Source: an uncultured Bacilli bacterium
Lineage (GTDB): Bacteria > Bacillota_I > Bacilli_A > RF39 > UBA660
Length of the DNA: 64,000 bases
Assembly (NCBI GenBank): GCA_947624505.1
Contig: CANQKO010000003.1
Coordinates: 7,835 to 71,834 of the forward strand
Direction of reading: 5' to 3'
The first letter of the stretch is position 1. Each line of letters begins with the position of its first letter. The notes under the pieces were generated by a model. That model made no database searches. It worked only from the letters and a program-made list of their open reading frames with translations, and was not told where the DNA came from. The translations under genes were made by a program, and so were the position numbers. This document shows positions 26,838-35,600 of the stretch, piece by piece.

Positions 26838-29800
26838 ATGAAAAATTTTGCAAGTCTAGATGATCGAGAAGTGTCATTAGTAGAAAAAGATATCAGAGAA
26901 AGATGGTTAAAAGATAATATCTTAGATAGATGTATCGAAAACAGAAAAGATGCCCCTTATTGGGTATTTTATGATGGACCTGCTACTGCTAATGGAATGC
27001 CAGGATTACATCATATGGTATCTAAATTTTTAAAAGATACTTTCTGTAAGTACAAGACAATGAAAGGTTATAAAGTTTTAAGAAAAATTGGCTGGGATAC
27101 TCACGGACTTCCTGTTGAAGTACAAGTTGAGAAGAAACTTGGCTTTAAAACTAAAAATGATATTGAAGCATATGGTATCAAGGAATTTAATGAAGAATGC
27201 CGGAATATTGTTTGGGAAAATGAAAAAGCATTTCGAGATTTAACTAATCAAATGGGTCAATTTATTGATCTTGATAATCGTTATATTACCTATGATAATA
27301 ATTATATTGAAACAGAATGGTGGATTTTAAAGAAATTTTTTGAAGAAGGATTATTCTATGAAGGTAGTAAAATACTTCCTTATTGTCCACGTTGTGGAAC
27401 TGGTCTTGCTTCTCACGAAGTAGCTCAAGGTTATGAAGAGATAAGTGTTGAAACAGTTATTGTACCAATGAAGAAAAAGGGAGAAGATGTCTATTTTTTA
27501 GTTTGGACTACAACTCCTTGGACTCTTCTTTCAAATGTTGCTTTATGTGTTAATCCGACTGCTACTTATGTGTTAGTTGAATCGCAAGGATATAAATTTA
27601 TTTTAGCAGAGGCTTTAGCTAATAAAGTCTTAGGTGATGATTATAAAGTATTAGAAAAATATCAAGGTAAAGATTTAGAATATACTGAATATGAACAATT
27701 ATTGCCTTTCTTAAAAGTTAATAAAAAAGCTTTCTTTGTTACTTGTGATAATTATGTAACAATGGAAGATGGTACTGGTATTGTTCATATTGCTCCTGCT
27801 TTTGGTGCTGATGATGCACTTGTTGGCAAAAATTATAATCTTCCTTATTTAAATCCAGTTGGAGATGATGGTTGTTATACAGAAGGCCCTTGGAAAGGTA
27901 TGCTTGTTTTTGATGCTGACAAAGAAGTAATTAAATATTTAAAAGAAAATGATAAATTATTTAAAAAGCAAAAAATGGTTCATAATTATCCTCATTGCTG
28001 GCGCTGTAAATCACCGCTTATTTATTATTCTAAACCATCATTTTATTTAGAAGTTACTAAATTAAAAGATCAAATAATTAAAAATAATCAAAAAGTTAAT
28101 TGGTATCCATCTTTTGTTGGGGAGAAACGTTTTGGTAACTGGCTAGAAAACTTAAATGATTGGGCAATATCTAGAAGCCGTTATTGGGGAACACCACTTC
28201 CTTTATGGCGTTGTGAATGTGGATATGATGAAATGATTGGTTCAAGAAGTGAATTAGTAGAAAAAGCGATTGAAAATATTGATGAATCAATTGATTTACA
28301 TCGTCCGTATGTTGATGATGTCCATATTACTTGTCCTAAATGTGGTAAAGTAATGAATAGAGTTAAAGATGTTATCGATTGTTGGTTTGATTCAGGGGCA
28401 ATGCCTTTTGCTGAATATCATTATCCGTTTGAAAATGAAGAGCTATTTAAAACACAATTTCCAGCTGATTTTATTAGTGAGGGAATTGATCAAACAAGAG
28501 GTTGGTTCTATTCACTATTAGTAATTTCTACTTTTGTTAAAGGTATATCACCTTATAAAAATGTTTTAGTTAACGAATTACTTCTTGATAAAAATGGCCA
28601 AAAAATGCATAAGTCAAGAGGTAACGCTATCAGCCCATTTGCTATTATGGATAAATATGGTGCCGATACGGTTAGATGGTATATTCCTTATGTTTCTCCG
28701 GTGTGGACACCACTTAAATTTGATGAAGAAGGTTTAAAAGAAGTATATTCTAAATTCTTTAATCCTCTAAAAAATACTTATAATTTCTTTAGTTTATATG
28801 CCACGACTGATAATATTGATATTGATGAGTGCCAAATTGACGTATCAAAAAGAGAAGAAATCGATAAATGGTTATTGTCAAGATTTAATAGTTTACTTAA
28901 AGTGGTAAGTGCTGGTTATGAAGAATTTGAATTAAATAAAGTAGTTCGTAGTATTACGAGTTTTGTATCTGATGACTTATCAAACTGGTATATAAGAAGA
29001 TGCCGAAATCGTTTCTGGGGTAGTAGTTTAGATGATTCTAAAAAAGCTGTTTATATAACAACCTATGAAGTATTAGTTGGTTTATCAAAAATAATTGCCC
29101 CAATTGTACCTTATATAAGTGAAGAAATATATACTAAACTTACTCATAATTATTCTGTTCATTTAGAAGATTTTCCTTCATATGATGAATCATTAATTGA
29201 TTTAAAATTAGAAGAAAAAATGGATTTAGTTAGAAACTTAATTTCTTTAGGTAGAATGATGCGTGAAGATGTTAAAATTAAAGTTAGAACACCTTTAAAA
29301 GAAGCAATTATTGAATCAAAAGTATATGATAAAATTACAGATTTAATCCCTCTTATTAAAGAAGAATTAAATGTTAAAGAAGTCTTAAGTGAAGAAGATT
29401 TAAATAAATATATGAATATTACTTTAAAACCTAATTATAAAAATGTTGGTAAAATTTTTGGCTCTAAAATAAAAGAATATGAAGAATTCTTACAAAATAC
29501 TAGTATTAATGATTTAAATAATTCGGAAGTTAAATTCCAAGATACGCTTATTACTAAAGATATGTATGAAGTAAAAATTTCTAGTAAAGAAGGCTTTAAT
29601 GTTGGAGTATTAGATAATTTATTTATTGTTTTAAATACTAATTTAACTACAGATTTAATTAATGAAGGTAATGCTCGAGAATTTATTTCGAAGATTCAAA
29701 ATATAAGAAAAGTAAATGGTTATGATGTAAGTGATCGAATTATTATTTATTATGAAAGTTCTGAATTTGCTTCCATCATAAATGAATTTAGTGATTATAT

Positions 29801-29903
29801 TAAAAATGAAACTTTAGCTACGGAAATAATTAATCAAAAAGGTAGTGAAGAAGTAAATATTAATGGTATTAAAGTTTTAGTTAGTATTGAAAAAGTTATG
29901 TAA
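26838..29903 (+). CDS. ileS: isoleucyl-tRNA synthetase (long, type-2-like form)
   Basis: 1021 aa. HIGH-region PGLHHMVS, KMSKS-region KMHKSRGN, editing-domain and Zn-type CWRC motifs. Preceded by AAGGAGG. Confidence 0.95.
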   Translation: MKNFASLDDREVSLVEKDIRERWLKDNILDRCIENRKDAPYWVFYDGPATANGMPGLHHMVSKFLKDTFCKYKTMKGYKVLRKIGWDTHGLPVEVQVEKKLGFKTKNDIEAYGIKEFNEECRNIVWENEKAFRDLTNQMGQFIDLDNRYITYDNNYIETEWWILKKFFEEGLFYEGSKILPYCPRCGTGLASHEVAQGYEEISVETVIVPMKKKGEDVYFLVWTTTPWTLLSNVALCVNPTATYVLVESQGYKFILAEALANKVLGDDYKVLEKYQGKDLEYTEYEQLLPFLKVNKKAFFVTCDNYVTMEDGTGIVHIAPAFGADDALVGKNYNLPYLNPVGDDGCYTEGPWKGMLVFDADKEVIKYLKENDKLFKKQKMVHNYPHCWRCKSPLIYYSKPSFYLEVTKLKDQIIKNNQKVNWYPSFVGEKRFGNWLENLNDWAISRSRYWGTPLPLWRCECGYDEMIGSRSELVEKAIENIDESIDLHRPYVDDVHITCPKCGKVMNRVKDVIDCWFDSGAMPFAEYHYPFENEELFKTQFPADFISEGIDQTRGWFYSLLVISTFVKGISPYKNVLVNELLLDKNGQKMHKSRGNAISPFAIMDKYGADTVRWYIPYVSPVWTPLKFDEEGLKEVYSKFFNPLKNTYNFFSLYATTDNIDIDECQIDVSKREEIDKWLLSRFNSLLKVVSAGYEEFELNKVVRSITSFVSDDLSNWYIRRCRNRFWGSSLDDSKKAVYITTYEVLVGLSKIIAPIVPYISEEIYTKLTHNYSVHLEDFPSYDESLIDLKLEEKMDLVRNLISLGRMMREDVKIKVRTPLKEAIIESKVYDKITDLIPLIKEELNVKEVLSEEDLNKYMNITLKPNYKNVGKIFGSKIKEYEEFLQNTSINDLNNSEVKFQDTLITKDMYEVKISSKEGFNVGVLDNLFIVLNTNLTTDLINEGNAREFISKIQNIRKVNGYDVSDRIIIYYESSEFASIINEFSDYIKNETLATEIINQKGSEEVNINGIKVLVSIEKVM

Positions 29904-29906
29904 AGA

Positions 29907-29946
29907 AAAAAGACTTTTCATTAAAATTGAAGTGAAAAGTCTTTTT
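29907..29946 (+). terminator. intrinsic terminator after ileS
   Basis: AAAAAGACTTTTCA-N12-TGAAAAGTCTTTTT. Confidence 0.75.
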
Positions 29947-30020
29947 ATCTATTTAATTTTATAAAAGAGTATTTTAACCATTAAATTGTCAAAAAATAAA
30001 GCAAAAATTTTAAACTATAA

Positions 30021-30049
30021 TTGACATTAAATCATAAATATTGTAAGAT
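30021..30049 (+). promoter_or_regulatory. sigma-A-type promoter of the pilin pair (TTGACA-17 nt-TAAGAT)
   Basis: Perfect -35 hexamer, acceptable -10 hexamer, 17-nt spacer, ~30 nt upstream of the RBS. Confidence 0.5.
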
Positions 30050-30080
30050 AAATCTATGAGAATAGAGGTGGAAGTTTTTA

Positions 30081-30596
30081 ATGAAAACTTTAAAAAATAG
30101 AGAAGGATTTACATTAATTGAATTACTAGCAGTTATTGTTGTTTTAGCAGTTGTTATTGCTATTGGGACAACGGCCGTTTTACCAATGGTTACAAATATT
30201 AGAAAAGGGGCTTTTGTTAATGAAGCTAATATATTTGTCGATACAGCTTCTAATATTCTTAATATTTATGATGCTGGTGGTATTGAAGAGCCCACTACTA
30301 TGAATGGTGATTATCAAAAGGGTACTCATAAATATTGTTTTTCATTAAAATATTTAGTTGATGTTGGTTTAATTGATAAAGATCCAAGTTATTTTTCAGG
30401 AGAAGATCCAGAATATGCTGGAAAAATAATTGTTGATACTACTTCTGATGGAACAACGGGAAGATATACATATACGATTTCAATGCATAATAATCTTTAT
30501 AATATTAGTAGTGTAAGTGGTACAGTTGAAGCTAAAGACGTTACTGATTATGAAAAAACTGGTGATTATGCTTGCACTTCTAATGATGTAGAATAG
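30081..30596 (+). CDS. type IV pilin / pseudopilin-like protein (prepilin N-terminal methylation motif)
   Basis: Class III signal peptide MKTLKNREG|FTLIELLAVIVVLAVVIAI with Glu+5. 171 aa. Cys pair in the C-terminal half. Confidence 0.85.
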   Translation: MKTLKNREGFTLIELLAVIVVLAVVIAIGTTAVLPMVTNIRKGAFVNEANIFVDTASNILNIYDAGGIEEPTTMNGDYQKGTHKYCFSLKYLVDVGLIDKDPSYFSGEDPEYAGKIIVDTTSDGTTGRYTYTISMHNNLYNISSVSGTVEAKDVTDYEKTGDYACTSNDVE

Positions 30597-30604
30597 GTTT
30601 AAAA

Positions 30605-31075
30605 ATGAAAAATAATAAAGGATTTACATTAATTGAGTTATTAGCGGTAATTGTTGTTTTAGCGGTAGTTATTGCTATTGCAACCACCAATGTATTGCCA
30701 ACAATGAATATTGCTAGAGAGGAAGCATTTAGAACTGAGGCAACTTTGCTTGTTAAAAATGCTAAAGAAGCATATGAGAATTATTCACTGGGGGCAATAA
30801 GTGTCCAAAATGATAATAAGAGTTGTGTTAAAGAAAATAAAGTATGTTTTACAGTTCAAGAACTTATAAAAGTTGGTGCTTCAGCTTTAAATCCCGATAG
30901 TTATACTGGCAAAGTAGAAATGACTATTGAAAATGGCAATGTCGTTGGTTATAATTTATATTTAAAAAAAGCCGATGAATATTGGTTTATTAATCAACAA
31001 TTTAGTGATTTCAGTAAAAATGGTAAAATAAATGAAGGAACTTGGAGTGAAGAAGCGGAAGTTTGTAGTTGTTAA
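30605..31075 (+). CDS. type IV pilin / pseudopilin-like protein, paralogue of the preceding gene
   Basis: MKNNKG|FTLIELLAVIVVLAVVIAI. The 20 residues GFTLIELLAVIVVLAVVIAI are identical to the neighbour but are encoded with synonymous differences. Confidence 0.85.
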   Translation: MKNNKGFTLIELLAVIVVLAVVIAIATTNVLPTMNIAREEAFRTEATLLVKNAKEAYENYSLGAISVQNDNKSCVKENKVCFTVQELIKVGASALNPDSYTGKVEMTIENGNVVGYNLYLKKADEYWFINQQFSDFSKNGKINEGTWSEEAEVCSC

Positions 31076-31130
31076 ATAAGTTTTTAATAAACTTATTTTT
31101 TTAAGATTTAGTAGTAAAGGTAGTGGTTTT

Positions 31131-32033
31131 TTGATTATAGGTAGTCATACCCATTTTGGTAAAGATCAAATTTTGGGTTCAGTAAAAGAGGCAATTAGTT
31201 ATGGAGCTAACGCTTTAATGCTTTATACGGGAGCTCCGCAAAATACTTTTCGAAGTAATATCATCCTTGAATATTTGGAAGATGCTAAAAAATTAATGAA
31301 AGAAAATGATATAAAAATGGAAAATGTTATCTGTCACGCTCCTTATATCATTAACTTAGCTAACAAAGAAAGAATAGAAGCTTGGAATTTTTCTATAAGC
31401 TTTTTAAAAAGTGAAATAAATAGATGTGAAATGCTTGGTATTAAATATATTGTATTGCATCCTGGCAGTGCCGTAAAACATACCAAAGAAGAAGGAATAA
31501 ATAATATTATTGAAGCTTTAAATTGTCTTGATTTAGATGATCATAAATGTATGATTTTACTTGAAACAATGGCTGGTAAGGGCAGTGAATGTGGTGCTAG
31601 TATTGAAGAAATAAAAACAATATTAGATGGTGTAAATAGTCAGAATATGGGAGTATGTTTAGATACTTGTCATTTAAATGATGCTGGTTATGATATGAAT
31701 AAATTTGATGAATTTCTAGATATGTTTGATAAAATAATTGGTCTTAATCGTGTTAAATGTCTGCATATTAATGATAGTAAAAATCCTCTTTTTAGTCATA
31801 AAGATCGTCACGCTAATATTGGTTATGGAACAATTGGGTTTGAGGCAATTTTAAAAGTAGTTAATTGTGATCGTTTAAAAGAAGTGCCTAAGATTTTAGA
31901 AACTCCTTATATAAGTAAAGAAGATAATGAAAAAGAGCAACTCTATCCCCCATATAAATTTGAAATAGAAATGCTCAAGAAAGGTCAATTTAATCCTCAT
32001 TTAATTGAAGACATTAGAGAATTTTATAAATAA
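31131..32033 (+). CDS. nfo: endonuclease IV (deoxyribonuclease IV)
   Basis: IGSHT...GANALMLYTGAPQNT, HAPYIINL, LHPGS, LETMAGKG, CLDTCH, HINDS. TTG start after AAAGGTAGTGG. Confidence 0.88.
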   Translation: MIIGSHTHFGKDQILGSVKEAISYGANALMLYTGAPQNTFRSNIILEYLEDAKKLMKENDIKMENVICHAPYIINLANKERIEAWNFSISFLKSEINRCEMLGIKYIVLHPGSAVKHTKEEGINNIIEALNCLDLDDHKCMILLETMAGKGSECGASIEEIKTILDGVNSQNMGVCLDTCHLNDAGYDMNKFDEFLDMFDKIIGLNRVKCLHINDSKNPLFSHKDRHANIGYGTIGFEAILKVVNCDRLKEVPKILETPYISKEDNEKEQLYPPYKFEIEMLKKGQFNPHLIEDIREFYK

Positions 32034-32284
32034 TTACTATATTTTTGATAATATTCTTGATATACTTTTGATATTTTATTAAAGTTTTCAGCCGTATAAT
32101 TATTACGATATCTGTTTATATCAAAAAGTTTGGGATTACGAAGCATTGTTTCGTAATTTTTTTTAACAAAATTATAAGTATAATCTAATTCACTATCTGA
32201 TAAATTAATATTTTTAGAAATAGCAAAGTTTCTAACATCTTCTTTAGTCATTTTATTTATATATCGTTCTATTATATTAAACAT
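32024..32284 (-). CDS. small hypothetical protein (possibly DUF2624/YqfT-like)
   Basis: 86-aa ORF whose 3' end overlaps the nfo 3' end by 10 nt. The family assignment is from memory only. Confidence 0.4.
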   Translation of the reverse strand: MFNIIERYINKMTKEDVRNFAISKNINLSDSELDYTYNFVKKNYETMLRNPKLFDINRYRNNYTAENFNKISKVYQEYYQKYSNYL

Positions 32285-32364
32285 TTATATCCCTCCAAAA
32301 TAAGTTCTTCACTATATTTTATGATAAATATAAAAAAAGAATACATAATAATAATGGTGGTTTT

Positions 32365-34305
32365 ATGAAGAAGTACCTTTTTATAATATTAGTATTTATT
32401 ATTTTTTTAATTAGAATATTTTATATAAATTACTTTAAAGGAAGTGAATATACTAAACTACTAGCCACTAAAACTAATACTTATATTTATGGAGAAAGTG
32501 CACCGAGAGGAAGAATATTGGACCGAAATGGTACAGTTTTAGTCGATAATAAAGGAATTAAAACTTTATTTTATTCTAAATTAAAAGGAATAACGCAAAA
32601 AGAAGAAGTAAAAATAGCTTATAGTTTAGCTAGAATAATTAATATTAAAATTGATAATGATACTTTAAAAAGTTTTTGGTTAATCTTAAATAATAATGGT
32701 GATGATTTAATTAAAGAAGATGAATGGCAAGCATATAATGAAAGAAAGTTATCTCAAAATGATCTTAAAGAATTAAAACTTACAAGAATTACGGAAGAAG
32801 ATATAAATAATTTAACTAGTTTAGATAAAAAAGCTGCCACAATATATCATTTAATGAATAAAGGTTATTCTTATCAAAAGAAAGAAATAATGAAATATTT
32901 AACTGATGAAGAATATAGTACAATAATTGATTGTAATATTAAAGGCCTGACTATAGAGCTTACTTACGAAAGAGTATATAATTATGGTGATACTTTAAAA
33001 GATATTTTTGGAAGAGTTGGAGGTATTCCGGAAGAAGAAAAAGATGATTATTTAAAAAAAGGTTATGAACTTAATGATATAGTGGGTTTAAGTTATTTAG
33101 AATTATATTATGAAGATTATTTAAAGGGGGAAAAAGATTTATACAAAGTAAATGATGATAATACCCTAACTTTAATAAAAGAAGGGCATAAAGGTAATGA
33201 CTTAGTTCTATCTATTGATATTAAAGCACAGTTAGAATTAGAAAAAGTTATTAAAGAAAATATAGTGGCCGCTAAAAAGCGAAAATATACTAATTATTTT
33301 AGTGAAGCTTATAGTATTGTTGGTATTCCCCAAACAGGTGAAATTGTGGCTTTATCAGGTCAAAAGTTAATCAGTGATTATCATAATCCTACTTTTCAAA
33401 ATATTAATACTAATTTAATTAATTCATCTTTTACAGTGGGATCTGTTGTTAAACTGGCAAGTATTTCTACTGGTTATAAATATAAAGCAGTAGATATTGG
33501 AACAAAAGTAAATGATGCTTGTATTAAACTATATAATGTTCCTTTAAAATGTAGTTATAAAAAATTAGGACGTATCGATGATTTAAATGCCATATCTAAA
33601 AGTAGTAATTATTATCAATTTAGAATCGCTATTAATTTAACAGGTAATGATTATAAATATAATATGAAATTAGAAACAACTAAAGAAGATTTTGATAAAT
33701 ATCGTGGTGTTTTTGCTTCATATGGCTTAGGTAGTTTAACAAATATTGATTTACCTAATGAGAAAACGGGAATAATTGGGGATAACTATGCTAGTGATTT
33801 ACTTCTTAATCTAAGTATTGGCCAATATGATACTTATACCCCAATGGAGTTATTTCAATATGTAAGCACGGTAGCAAATCTAGGGGAAAGAAGAGCACCT
33901 CAACTAATGAAAGAAATTAAAGATGATGATAAAATAATTTTAAAAAATGAATATAATTTATTGAATAAAATTGATTTAGAAGCAAAATATTTAGAAAGAT
34001 TAAAATTAGGTATGAATTTAGCAACCATTAATGGAACAGCTAGAAACTATATTTTAGGATTTAAAAACCCAGCCGGTAAGACCGGAACTGCCGAAAATTA
34101 TATTGATACCAATAATGATGGAATAGTAGATACTAAAACCAATAGTTTATCATTTATTGGCTTTGCTCCTTATGATAATCCAAAGTATAGTATCATTGTT
34201 ATAACCCCTAATATTTATGTTGATAATGGTACAGATTTTACTAAAGTTTATTATCCAAGGTATATTTCCCAAGGTATTACGAAATTTTTGTTTGAAAATA
34301 TGTAA
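32365..34305 (+). CDS. class B penicillin-binding protein (transpeptidase)
   Basis: N-terminal anchor, SxxK (GSVVK), SxN (SKSSN), KTG (GKTGTA). 646 aa. Confidence 0.85.
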   Translation: MKKYLFIILVFIIFLIRIFYINYFKGSEYTKLLATKTNTYIYGESAPRGRILDRNGTVLVDNKGIKTLFYSKLKGITQKEEVKIAYSLARIINIKIDNDTLKSFWLILNNNGDDLIKEDEWQAYNERKLSQNDLKELKLTRITEEDINNLTSLDKKAATIYHLMNKGYSYQKKEIMKYLTDEEYSTIIDCNIKGLTIELTYERVYNYGDTLKDIFGRVGGIPEEEKDDYLKKGYELNDIVGLSYLELYYEDYLKGEKDLYKVNDDNTLTLIKEGHKGNDLVLSIDIKAQLELEKVIKENIVAAKKRKYTNYFSEAYSIVGIPQTGEIVALSGQKLISDYHNPTFQNINTNLINSSFTVGSVVKLASISTGYKYKAVDIGTKVNDACIKLYNVPLKCSYKKLGRIDDLNAISKSSNYYQFRIAINLTGNDYKYNMKLETTKEDFDKYRGVFASYGLGSLTNIDLPNEKTGIIGDNYASDLLLNLSIGQYDTYTPMELFQYVSTVANLGERRAPQLMKEIKDDDKIILKNEYNLLNKIDLEAKYLERLKLGMNLATINGTARNYILGFKNPAGKTGTAENYIDTNNDGIVDTKTNSLSFIGFAPYDNPKYSIIVITPNIYVDNGTDFTKVYYPRYISQGITKFLFENM

Positions 34306-34348
34306 AAGTTTGATATAATAGGAGAGAAATGAGTGAGGAGGATTTTAT

Positions 34349-34513
34349 ATGGCTAAAAATGAAAATCGTAATTTTGTTAATATGAGATGTACAGAATGTG
34401 GTGCTGAATTACGTCCAACAAGTAAAAACAAAAAAAATAATCCTGAACGACTAGAAATTAAAAAATATTGTCCTAAATGTCGTAAAAGCGTTGTAGCAAA
34501 AGAAAAGAAATAA
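34349..34513 (+). CDS. rpmG: 50S ribosomal protein L33 (not in the supplied ORF track)
   Basis: 54-aa [57 protein letters not shown] with the L33 CxxC...NPERLE.KKYCPxC pattern. Preceded by GAGGAGG. Confidence 0.9.
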   Translation: MAKNENRNFVNMRCTECGAELRPTSKNKKNNPERLEIKKYCPKCRKSVVAKEKK

Positions 34514-34530
34514 AAGAAAGGAAGTAAATA

Positions 34531-35091
34531 ATGAATATTAATATCAATGATATTAAAAATGGAATGACTGTTATTATTGATGGCAATCTATGTTTGATTC
34601 AAGAATTCCAACACGTTAAACCTGGTAAAGGTCCAGCTTTTGTTAGAATTAAATTAAAGAATTTAAGAACAGGTTCAATTGTTGAACAAACATTTAATAC
34701 TAATATTAAAATAACTCGTGCCCACGTTGATAAGACAAGTGTTCAATATTTATACACATCAGGTGATAATTTAGTATTTATGAACAATGAAACTTATGAA
34801 CAAATTGAAGTACCTAAGAAAATTTTAGGTGATGATGCTTCATTTATTAAAGAGGGTATTGATGTAGCAATTGACTTCTTTGAAGGTGAAATTATCGGTA
34901 TTACTCTTCCTGAAAAAGTTGAATATACGGTTACTGAAACAACTCCAGCAGTTAAAGGTAATACTGCCACTAATGCTCAAAAAGATGCCACAATTGAAAC
35001 TGGTAAAATAATTAAAGTACCTTTATTCATTAATGAAGGTGAAAAAATATTAGTAACTACTAGTGATGGTAAATACGCTGGTCGTGCTTAA
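34531..35091 (+). CDS. efp: elongation factor P
   Basis: 186 aa. Family-typical sequence HVKPGKGPAFVRIKLKNLRTG. Confidence 0.93.
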   Translation: MNININDIKNGMTVIIDGNLCLIQEFQHVKPGKGPAFVRIKLKNLRTGSIVEQTFNTNIKITRAHVDKTSVQYLYTSGDNLVFMNNETYEQIEVPKKILGDDASFIKEGIDVAIDFFEGEIIGITLPEKVEYTVTETTPAVKGNTATNAQKDATIETGKIIKVPLFINEGEKILVTTSDGKYAGRA

Positions 35092-35146
35092 AATAAAAGT
35101 CTTACTAATAAGGTAAGCTTTTTTCTTATAAGAAAGAAGATAGATT

Positions 35147-35581
35147 ATGGATAAAGAATTAAGTAGAGAAATAATATTAGAAAATTTTCAAAATCCTTAT
35201 AATAAAGAAGAAGTTAATGATAATAGATATGTGAAAGTTAATAGTAAAAATCCTAATTGTATTGATAATTTAGATATTTATATCTTATTTGTTAATGATC
35301 TTATTAAAGATATTAAATTTAACGGTGAAGCTTGTGCTATATCAACCTCATCAACCTCTATTATGATTAAAAATTTAATTGGTAAAAGTATTAAAGAAGC
35401 TAAAGAGTATATTAATAATTTTTATCATATGTGTAATGAAGAAGAATATGATGAAAATATTTTAAATGAAGGATTAGTATATCAAGATATATATAAACAA
35501 AGTAATCGTAAGAATTGTGCTCTTTTACCTTATAAAGGCATTTTAAATGCTTTAGAAGAATATGAAAAGAAAAGAATTTAA
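35147..35581 (+). CDS. sufU: SufU/IscU-type Fe-S cluster scaffold protein
   Basis: Three conserved Cys contexts: NPNCID, GEACAIS, RKNCALLP. 144 aa. No other suf genes in the window. Confidence 0.7.
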   Translation: MDKELSREIILENFQNPYNKEEVNDNRYVKVNSKNPNCIDNLDIYILFVNDLIKDIKFNGEACAISTSSTSIMIKNLIGKSIKEAKEYINNFYHMCNEEEYDENILNEGLVYQDIYKQSNRKNCALLPYKGILNALEEYEKKRI

Positions 35582-35600
35582 ATATAAGGAGCGTTAAAAT

